A DNA stretch of 64,000 nucleotides from IMG/VR virus record IMGVR_UViG_3300010397_000042, positions 1-64,000 of that record. One strand, 5' to 3'. The notes beneath the pieces are model-generated. The model ran no database searches, had not been told where the DNA came from, and was given only the letters and a program-made list of their open reading frames with translations. The position numbers were made by a program, and so were the translations under genes. Source of the stretch: a virus. Numbering within the stretch: the first letter of the stretch is position 1; each line of letters opens with the position of its first letter. Shown here one piece after another: positions 9,262-15,662 of this stretch.

Positions 9262-9299
9262 GACCCCGGGGCCGAAAGGCTACCGGGGTTTCGGTCTTT
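9262..9299 (+). terminator. Rho-independent terminator-like hairpin
   Basis: ACCCCGG-GGCC-GAAA-GGCT-A-CCGGGGT followed by TTCGGTCTTT. Confidence 0.6.
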
Positions 9300-9316
9300 G
9301 GAGGCGAAAGAAAACT

Positions 9317-9580
9317 ATGAGTACGTACGTCTATCCGTGTCATGTATGCGGCGAGGATCTGAGTCCCGGGTACTTCCACTACAAGATCGAAGTGAAAGGA
9401 AAGGTCGAGATGATCCACATCCCCTGTCTATCGAAGCTGGATCAAAATTCGATCACGTTGGTCCGCTACCGTGAGGGAGAAAACTCAACCCCGGACTCAA
9501 CCCCTGCTCAACCTCACGGGACGAAAACAGCGGGAACAGCGAAGGCAGTGAAGAGCCTTCGGAGCGACGAAACCCCCTAA
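9317..9580 (+). CDS. Hypothetical protein with CxxC
   Basis: GGAGG upstream of ATG; 87 aa. Confidence 0.5.
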   Translation: MSTYVYPCHVCGEDLSPGYFHYKIEVKGKVEMIHIPCLSKLDQNSITLVRYREGENSTPDSTPAQPHGTKTAGTAKAVKSLRSDETP

Positions 9581-9710
9581 ATTCGGTGCCCAGAGACGGA
9601 ATCGAACCGCCGACACGGGGATTTTCAATCCTAAATTCAGTGCACCGATTCCAGCTAAAATGGCCGGAAAATGGCCACATTCAGTCTGGACTCACCCCCG
9701 GCTCTACCTC
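9483..9710. mobile_element. attP region: tRNA-Phe(GAA) 3'-half core with flanking arm-type repeats
   Basis: Core at 9585-9631; repeats (A/G)CTC(A/T)(A/C)CC(C/T)C at 9483, 9495, 9506, 9690, 9701; AAAATGGCC twice at 9657 and 9668; convergent gene blocks on both sides. Confidence 0.8.
9585..9631 (-). tRNA. Partial tRNA-Phe(GAA): anticodon arm to 3' end only (att core)
   Basis: Minus strand GGATTGAAAATCCCCGTGTCGGCGGTTCGATTCCGTCTCTGGGCACC; no 5' acceptor strand or D-arm upstream. Confidence 0.85.
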
Positions 9711-9982
9711 GACTTCCGAAGCGCATCTGCGATGCTGACGGCTTTTCCACCCCAGTTGAGCGCCAGGTTTTCCGCATGCACTCGACTGAACACTTCGGGT
9801 TCATCCGTATGCGTCCAGTGATAGCCGAGGCGCCCGCTTGTAAGACGCATCCCGTTACAGCGGTGCACGATGATCCAGGAGCCGTACTGATTCTTTCTCA
9901 CGGCTCTACCTCCAGATGCACCAAAACGCCGTACCAGGCCAGTCGTGCATTTCCACGCGGAGCTCGCTATAAGGATCGCCAC
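9704..9982 (-). CDS. Hypothetical protein
   Basis: ORF in the tightly packed leftward block; start uncertain. Confidence 0.45.
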   Translation of the reverse strand: MAILIASSAWKCTTGLVRRFGASGGRAVRKNQYGSWIIVHRCNGMRLTSGRLGYHWTHTDEPEVFSRVHAENLALNWGGKAVSIADALRKSR

Positions 9983-10203
9983 GAAACGTCATATGCCATC
10001 GAAAATGGTGAACGCAGGTCATTCGAGCTCCTCGAGTTCGTCGATCGGGAGCCACTGCCAGCCGCAGGGTGTACCGAAGAAGGCCATCGGTTCGTCGTCG
10101 ATGATCTCCAGCTTGGTGACGGTGCCTTCCATGTCCTCCAGGGCGGCGATGAAACAGTAGCGTTTGTGGCTCTCCGCGGTGGGACGTACGCGACTACCGA
10201 TCT

Positions 10204-10389
10204 TCATTCCGAGTCCCCTCTCTGAACGAGGCGAAACATGCCTGCGGGTGCATAGTGGCGATCGCCAGCGTTGATGATCCCATCGGCGGAGATCTCTTTG
10301 ACGATCGTGATCTCGTCTGTCCAAGCTCGGCGATGTCGACGGACTACTAGATCGCCCAGCTTCGGTTCTTCACCTGTAGAGTACTTCAC
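10204..10389 (-). CDS. Hypothetical protein (MKYSTGEEPKLGD...)
   Basis: 61 aa in the leftward block. Confidence 0.55.
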   Translation of the reverse strand: MKYSTGEEPKLGDLVVRRHRRAWTDEITIVKEISADGIINAGDRHYAPAGMFRLVQRGDSE

Positions 10390-10522
10390 GTAAACTCCGC
10401 GTCCCCTCTCTGGCTGGGAGTCACCGCCTGCCAGCGCATGGTTCTATGGAACTGCGAACGGCGGCACCTTCCGGTCCGCCGCCCATCATCGTCGAGCTCG
10501 TACTCGATAGCTGGCTTCTTCA

Positions 10523-10777
10523 TCAGTGGCCTCGCCGGTCGCAACTGGGGCACATGGGGTCTCTGCAGATGGGCCGTACCCGCCCGCCCAGCCTAACGAC
10601 TCGAGCATGTCGACCGTCAACTTCGCGAATCACACGAGCTAGTAAATGGACCAATCCTCGGTCGCTCCAACAAAGAGCTTCCGAACGACGCCGGGTGGTT
10701 GTGATATCGCCACCTGCGTACGAGTTCACGTAGGGTCCAGTACCGCGGCGCTTGCCAATCCGGATGTAGAACTTCAT
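10523..10777 (-). CDS. Hypothetical protein
   Basis: 84 aa; ATGA overlap. Confidence 0.55.
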   Translation of the reverse strand: MKFYIRIGKRRGTGPYVNSYAGGDITTTRRRSEALCWSDRGLVHLLARVIREVDGRHARVVRLGGRVRPICRDPMCPSCDRRGH

Positions 10778-11169
10778 AAAGCGGTGTCTCCCGGGACGTG
10801 AAGCCAGACGTGACCGTTCACCAGGTCCCAGACCTTGCGTTCGTAATCGGAGTACTGAACTCGCTCCACGACGGACGGAAACATTTTGAGGAGCTCCGGA
10901 GTGATCTGGACGGGTTCGTAGGGCATGAGCGTTACGATTTCATTCCCGGTCCAGTAGAACATGATGTTGTTCAGTCCCTGCCAGGCGGGATGATTTCGGT
11001 CCTTCAGGTATTCGAAGGCTTCCGCCATCGATCGCACCTCAACCGGTGCCTTGATGTCTTCGTGATAGAGGAACCATCGGTTGTATGTGACGCGGATGGA
11101 GTCAAACCCAGTGGCTTCCAGGGAGTACTCCCAGCGGAACTTCTTCGGCTCCCAAGTTACGATCTTCAT
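10774..11169 (-). CDS. Hypothetical protein
   Basis: 131 aa, aromatic-rich, coupled to neighbours. Confidence 0.65.
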   Translation of the reverse strand: MKIVTWEPKKFRWEYSLEATGFDSIRVTYNRWFLYHEDIKAPVEVRSMAEAFEYLKDRNHPAWQGLNNIMFYWTGNEIVTLMPYEPVQITPELLKMFPSVVERVQYSDYERKVWDLVNGHVWLHVPGDTAL

Positions 11170-11306
11170 TTCTTAGCCTTCGCTAGTTCGAGGGTATCGG
11201 CTACCAAATCGTTCCATCGTGTCTGAAGGTCGCTTGGGAGGTGCTCCCAAGGAGGGAGTTGTTCGCCGGATCGAAAGTACTCGTATAGATCTCGTCCGCT
11301 CATTTC

Positions 11307-12161
11307 TTAGCCTCCGCTTGCATGCCCATGGACGGGACACGCTTCATCGGGTATGCGCCGGTCGCTCGGCACGAACCCGCCGGCGCAGTCTTGTTCGTAC
11401 GTGCAGGTACAAAGCGCGTTAGCCAGCTCGGCGAGCACCGCGACGAAACCGTGCTTGAATGCAACCAACCCGTAGCGCTCGGCTTCGTTCACCACCTCAC
11501 GCGCCGCCTCGGCGACCTTCCGGAGCGCCAGCACCTCGTGGACGTAGTCTCGGAGCTCGTTCAGGGCGTACCCGCACTCTCCGCACGGCTCGTTCCCCAG
11601 ATCTTCGAAGTGCGACACCAGCTCCGACATCGACCGGATAGGTTTCGGCGTTGCCCTCTCTCGGCGTCGATCGGCAGCAACCTTGCGAGCAAGCCGACGC
11701 ACTTCCGTACCGGCGTAGTGCTCCGCCGTATCGAGCAGCTCTTTGAGCAAAAGGGCGTCGACCGAGACGCGATCCGGCGTTGACTCGTTGGAGGCTCGCT
11801 CGCGGCGAACCCTTTCCTCCCTCGACTTGGTGACCTCGTCAGCTAGAGCACGCACTTCATTGACAACGCAGCCCATGCTGTAGCCCTTCTGGCCCAGCGC
11901 AGTCATGATGATGTCCCGAACGAGACGCCAAGGATTCTCGTCGTGGACCTCACCGCAAGCCCCGTGAGGCTTCGCTTCGGCGGAGCGTGGCGCATCGGCG
12001 AAGTAGGCTGCACATGCTCCGTCTTCGCTGTTCGTGACGGCATTCCCCGGATGTTTCAGCATTCTGTCGGGCATCCGCCACTCGTCCGCACCGAACTTTC
12101 GGACTGAGCATCGCTTCGAGTGTCCCTCAGCCATGCCGCAGTAGGCACACACGTCGCTCAT
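11307..12161 (-). CDS. Mosaic modular protein A (shares linkers with 51621-52442)
   Basis: Start MSDVCAYCG; SAE, SNE, RRRERATP and ALRKVAE linkers. Confidence 0.7.
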   Translation of the reverse strand: MSDVCAYCGMAEGHSKRCSVRKFGADEWRMPDRMLKHPGNAVTNSEDGACAAYFADAPRSAEAKPHGACGEVHDENPWRLVRDIIMTALGQKGYSMGCVVNEVRALADEVTKSREERVRRERASNESTPDRVSVDALLLKELLDTAEHYAGTEVRRLARKVAADRRRERATPKPIRSMSELVSHFEDLGNEPCGECGYALNELRDYVHEVLALRKVAEAAREVVNEAERYGLVAFKHGFVAVLAELANALCTCTYEQDCAGGFVPSDRRIPDEACPVHGHASGG

Positions 12162-12285
12162 TCTTCGGCCTCGAGCTCGACGATTCGATTCTGTAGTTGT
12201 TGACACCAGTGGCGCAGATCATCCATCTCTCGCCGGACACGCTGCAACTCATCGTACAGACGCCAGTAGTCGTCATCCCTCGTGC

Positions 12286-12474
12286 TCATCGGCGGTACAG
12301 CCCTTCGCCATGGCCACCAACGTTGGCGAGCATGGGCAGGATCGCGGCGAGCGTCTGATGCCACCATGGATGACCCGGGGCCATCCAACTAAGTGCCACA
12401 TATATTCCGGTATACACCGAGGTCTCGCCGACGAACTTCCAGAACAAGCGAGACGTGAAGATCTTCTCAATCAT
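12286..12474 (-). CDS. Small membrane protein
   Basis: MIEKIFTSRLFWKF... with two hydrophobic segments. Confidence 0.5.
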   Translation of the reverse strand: MIEKIFTSRLFWKFVGETSVYTGIYVALSWMAPGHPWWHQTLAAILPMLANVGGHGEGLYRR

Positions 12475-12728
12475 CGGGCGAACACTCGATTCTGGGCTGC
12501 CACATAGTCTGGGTTGGTCACCTCTCGAAACTCGCCCTTCTCGAGCATGCGATCGACGCAAGCGAGCATCAGCCAACTGTCTCCGGTCGTGCCGCAGATG
12601 GCCGAACCCATGGTGAATGCACCCGCCTTCCGCAGGAGATCCTTCACCCGATCTCGAATCTCGATGTACATGTTGAGCCCCTCCTCAGTGAAGAGTCGCT
12701 CCTTCTCGTTTGGATACTTGTAGCTCAT
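12471..12728 (-). CDS. Conserved hypothetical phage protein (MSYKYPNEK...GDSW...CVD)
   Basis: Coupled ORF. Confidence 0.6.
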   Translation of the reverse strand: MSYKYPNEKERLFTEEGLNMYIEIRDRVKDLLRKAGAFTMGSAICGTTGDSWLMLACVDRMLEKGEFREVTNPDYVAAQNRVFAR

Positions 12729-12916
12729 CGGGGGATGATCCTCCCTTTGGTGATGTTCATCTTCTCGTCGAGCTCGAACTCGAGCGATGCGTACTCTCCG
12801 TACTCGAACCACTTCTCATCTTCTTCCTCGGACATGCCGAAGTGGTCGATAACCTCGTTCCACATGTCCGGGTCTTTGATGTCCTCGAGTACAACCTTGA
12901 TCGTCTTCTTCTTCAT
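12725..12916 (-). CDS. Small acidic protein
   Basis: 63 aa, D/E-rich. Confidence 0.6.
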   Translation of the reverse strand: MKKKTIKVVLEDIKDPDMWNEVIDHFGMSEEEDEKWFEYGEYASLEFELDEKMNITKGRIIPR

Positions 12917-14154
12917 ACAGCCCTCAAGTGCCTCGGCTTAGGTACCTTCTCGAGCACCGCTTCAATCAACGGGGAGACGTCCGAGGCCTTCCTCTTCCCG
13001 TAGACCTGTTTCAACATTCGATCGTCTGAGTGTCCCATCAGCGGGTACGCAAGCTCGTAGGGGACGCCTGCCTGCATCAGCCATTGGGCAAATGTGCGGC
13101 GTAGGTCGGTTGGGCAGAAAGGCTCGAACACCGGAACCTTCTTGCACTCGGGACACTTCGGATCCCGACATGGCGTTCCCATGGTCTGAGAGGTGCCCCG
13201 AACCAAGCTGTTACCGCTCCTCCACCAGAGATTCTTGCTCTGCTCGCAGTCCTTGCACATCGACAGGTAAGCGCAGGCGATCAGGATGTCGCGTCTTACG
13301 TTGCCCCACGCGGCGAAGAGTGAGTCGTTCTTCCCGTCGGCGTTCCGCATGGCCCGCTCAAACAGGTGACGGCGATCGCTGGGGACGATGAACGTTCGAT
13401 CTCGGAGCTCGCGCTTCGTACCTCGGATGTGAACCTCGAACGTCTCCATGTTCATCTCAGATCGCTTGGAGTGCGCCACCTCGCTCGGGTAGGTCGATCC
13501 GGTCGAGACGATGAAGTCCAAGACACCGCCCTTCGCTGCCGATCGGTTCGCGTACCACCATCGCATAAACCGGTCGTACTCCTCTCGAGTCAGCCACCGT
13601 TCTCTAGGTACATAGAGAGCCTGGAAGTCTTCCGGCTTCATCTCGGTGACGGAGCCGCAACTCACTCCGTCCCGCTTCGCCATCTTCATCGCCATACTCA
13701 GGGCGGTGAGCTCCTTCCCGATGGTGTTGCCTTTGGTTCCCTCGTCGGTTCGCTGCTGAATGTACTGTCGTATCGTTTCTGGAGTGATCCCAGATAGGAG
13801 TAGATTCGGTCCCAATACACGGACAAGGACACCGCTCTTTTTCTCGTAGAACTTGATCGTGTCTTCCGCGAGCTTCTTTCGGGAGGGGTCATTGTTCTTA
13901 CGATTGCTCTTCAACCATTCGATCCGGTTGAGGAGAGCGGTGTTGAGGGTGCGCTCCTTTTTCTCGGAGCCGTCCACAGGATTCTTTCGGACCCGCTCGA
14001 GGTAGACGCGGTGGGCGGCGACATCGTCGCGCTGTCCGGTGCTCTCTCGGATGTGCCGTCCCCCCTTCGGATTCGGGAGCTGCATCCACCAGATCGTCGA
14101 GCCCGGGTACTTGAAGAGCTCTGGGTAGCGCTGATGCCGGATGTAGCCTGACAT
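12913..14154 (-). CDS. int: Tyrosine recombinase/integrase (atypical active site, Cys-rich insertion)
   Basis: Core-binding region, IRGTK, DLRRTFA, LMGHS...VY motifs. Confidence 0.85.
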   Translation of the reverse strand: MSGYIRHQRYPELFKYPGSTIWWMQLPNPKGGRHIRESTGQRDDVAAHRVYLERVRKNPVDGSEKKERTLNTALLNRIEWLKSNRKNNDPSRKKLAEDTIKFYEKKSGVLVRVLGPNLLLSGITPETIRQYIQQRTDEGTKGNTIGKELTALSMAMKMAKRDGVSCGSVTEMKPEDFQALYVPRERWLTREEYDRFMRWWYANRSAAKGGVLDFIVSTGSTYPSEVAHSKRSEMNMETFEVHIRGTKRELRDRTFIVPSDRRHLFERAMRNADGKNDSLFAAWGNVRRDILIACAYLSMCKDCEQSKNLWWRSGNSLVRGTSQTMGTPCRDPKCPECKKVPVFEPFCPTDLRRTFAQWLMQAGVPYELAYPLMGHSDDRMLKQVYGKRKASDVSPLIEAVLEKVPKPRHLRAV

Positions 14155-14306
14155 GTTCGAGACTCCTTCCACTGTTCGAAGGCCTCACGTGAAACGCGAA
14201 TGGACCTCCCCGACACGAGGCGTGTGCACTCGCGAGCGATCTCATACGCGCGCGTCAAGCTAACGCAAAGCTCTTTCGAGATATCCTTTGCAGTCAAGTA
14301 CTGCAT
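13911..14306 (-). CDS. Excisionase-like helix-turn-helix protein
   Basis: MQYLTAKDISKELCVSLTRAYEI...GRSIRVSREAFEQW; tail overlaps the int 5' end. Confidence 0.75.
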   Translation of the reverse strand: MQYLTAKDISKELCVSLTRAYEIARECTRLVSGRSIRVSREAFEQWKESRTCQATSGISATQSSSSTRARRSGGCSSRIRRGDGTSERAPDSATMSPPTASTSSGSERILWTAPRKRSAPSTPLSSTGSNG

Positions 14307-14395
14307 TTGAACGCGTATACGATTACAGAAAGTCCTACAATCACCCAAAGAGTCGCGCAAACATATACGATTGATGTAAACATTATTTACTCCTA

Positions 14396-14490
14396 GGTGA
14401 TTCGGCAGGACTCGAACCTGCACCTGGTGTTGCGTCTGCCAATTGCGCGCGGATCTCGTTAGCAAGACGAGTCCGTCACCCACGAATCAC
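14396..14490 (-). ncRNA. Aberrant tRNA-like RNA A (95 nt)
   Basis: GTGATTCG/CGAATCAC acceptor stem, perfect T-arm GCAGG-TTCGAGT-CCTGC, D-arm-like GCGCAATTGGCAGACGC; no anticodon arm at the normal position. Confidence 0.65.
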
Positions 14491-14491
14491 T

Positions 14492-14564
14492 CAGTATCGA
14501 ATCCGATCCAGTGAGCACCAGTGCCTCGATACCTCTGGACGTCGCTGCTCAATCGCTAAGTCCA
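14492..14564 (-). ncRNA. Two-hairpin kissing-loop RNA candidate
   Basis: TGGAC/GTCCA and GGTATCGAG/TTCGATACT stems; loops carry TGAGCA and TGCTCA. Confidence 0.4.
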
Positions 14565-14566
14565 TA

Positions 14567-14639
14567 GGACAGATCGCGGACTCGAACCGCTGCCGAAGGA
14601 GGGCGACTCCCCGTTCAGAACCCCTCTGATCAATCTGTC
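14567..14639 (-). ncRNA. Aberrant tRNA-like RNA B (73 nt)
   Basis: GACAGAT/ATCTGTC acceptor, TCAG-AGGGGTT-CTGA D-arm, GCGG-TTCGAGT-CCGC T-arm, non-canonical anticodon loop. Confidence 0.6.
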
Positions 14640-14667
14640 AAAAAGGGGCGACCTCTCCGTCACCCTC
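14640..14667 (-). terminator. Terminator-like hairpin downstream of tmRNA
   Basis: GGGTGAC-GGAGAG-GTCGCCC then CTTTTT on the minus strand. Confidence 0.45.
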
Positions 14668-14701
14668 CACCACGCCAATCAAGTACCATTACCCAATTAG
14701 C

Positions 14702-15044
14702 GGTGGACAAGTCGGGAATCGAACCCGAGTCCGAAAAACATCCTCATTCCCTTCATTCACGTGCGTAGCCTCTGTTGTAGCCAGAGGCAGCATTCATGAC
14801 GGTCTACGTCGGTGTCATGCAGACGACCCTGAAACAACCACGACTCGGGTCATCCGTGGCGATTGCCCTATAGGTTTACCCTGGAGCGATACTAGGGCGA
14901 TATGTGCTCCAGAGTCCTCACTCAGGCCGCAGCCTGGAGCTCGGGGATTGCGTTATCGTTCGCAGTTACGTTTCCCGATTGAAGAGGTCGGGGCTCTTGC
15001 ACGCAGAGTCTGATTCCATTCTCCGTCGAAACCATTGCTTGCCC
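14702..15044 (-). ncRNA. ssrA: tmRNA
   Basis: 5' GGGCAAGCAATGGTTTCGACG; 3' TCGGGTTCGATTCCCGACTTGTCCACC; G3:U70 pair; tag ANDNAIPELQAAA* at 14963-14922. Confidence 0.93.
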
Positions 15045-15047
15045 TAA

Positions 15048-15140
15048 TGCAGCCGCCGTTGGGACCGGCGCAGCTCTTTCGAGCAACGTTCCCGTTTCGG
15101 TCATTCAAGCTACCCCGACCGGCCGCATGGGTAGCACTGC
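15048..15140 (-). ncRNA. Pseudoknot-rich RNA candidate upstream of tmRNA
   Basis: GCTACCC/GGGTAGC, loop CGGTC/GACCG, GCTC-GAAA-GAGC, CGCCG/CGGCG, GGGA/TCCC. Confidence 0.4.
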
Positions 15141-15150
15141 TAACTTCTAA

Positions 15151-15612
15151 TCAAAATGGAATGTCGTCGTCGCTCACATCACTCGTGAAATCATCATCTA
15201 CAGACTCAGGTTCCGGATTTGTATTTCGTCGCGGTGCAGCAGCCTTCTTAGACTCCTTAGCCTCGCTCTCTCCTCCACCTCGCTTTCCGCCACACAAGAG
15301 AACTTGGTTGGCATTGATCTCTGTTCGGTACCTCTTCTCGCCATCCTTCTCGTAACTCGAGGTACGTAGGCCTCCTTTTACGAAAATGCGATCCCCCTTA
15401 TTGAGGATCTTGGACAGCCCTTCCGCTCGCTTTCCCCAAAGCGTTACAGAGTGCCATTCAGTGCGCTCTTGACGCGTGTTCTCCCTGTCCAGATACGACT
15501 CGGTCGTCGCGAGTCGCAGCTTCAGAATCGCCTGACCGCCACTCGTCACCCGCAACTCAGGGTCTGCTCCGAGGTTCCCCAACAGATTTACTTCGTTTAG
15601 CCCTTCTGCCAT
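15151..15612 (-). CDS. ssb: Single-stranded DNA-binding protein
   Basis: LGNLGADPELR, TEWH, C-terminal DDDIPF. Confidence 0.97.
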   Translation of the reverse strand: MAEGLNEVNLLGNLGADPELRVTSGGQAILKLRLATTESYLDRENTRQERTEWHSVTLWGKRAEGLSKILNKGDRIFVKGGLRTSSYEKDGEKRYRTEINANQVLLCGGKRGGGESEAKESKKAAAPRRNTNPEPESVDDDFTSDVSDDDIPF

Positions 15613-15633
15613 TGCTGTTTCCTTTCAAGTCTT

Positions 15634-15662
15634 AGTATAGCACCGTGTTCAGAGTGTGTCAA
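15634..15662 (-). promoter_or_regulatory. Phage promoter motif copy (drives ssb and the ncRNA cluster)
   Basis: TTGACA-CACTCTGAAC...GC-TATACT, 17-bp spacer. Confidence 0.8.

Noticed and set aside
9220-9299. HDV-like (theta) ribozyme suggested by CCTCC...CTCG
   Set aside because: Could not build P3, P1.1 or P2 in the required order; a simple hairpin plus terminator fits better
9585-9631. Functional tRNA-Phe gene or a prophage boundary
   Set aside because: The 5' half is absent and phage genes lie on both sides, so it is an attP core rather than a gene or attL/attR
14396-14639. Y RNA (YrlA) or tRNA-Sec identity for the tRNA-like elements
   Set aside because: Arm order is not the YrlA permutation, no Ro60/TROVE gene was seen, and there is no UCA anticodon or long variable arm
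14702-14740. tmRNA 3' end as the integration site
   Set aside because: The tmRNA is complete and lacks arm repeats, whereas the tRNA-Phe fragment has them
14922-15104. 60-aa ORF as a protein gene
   Set aside because: It is the tmRNA tag reading frame extended upstream by chance
15045-15140. Twister or pistol ribozyme, or c-di-GMP riboswitch
   Set aside because: Only fragments of the consensus (TAATGCAGC, CCGGTCCCAA, GAAA loop) are present; the conserved cores could not be completed
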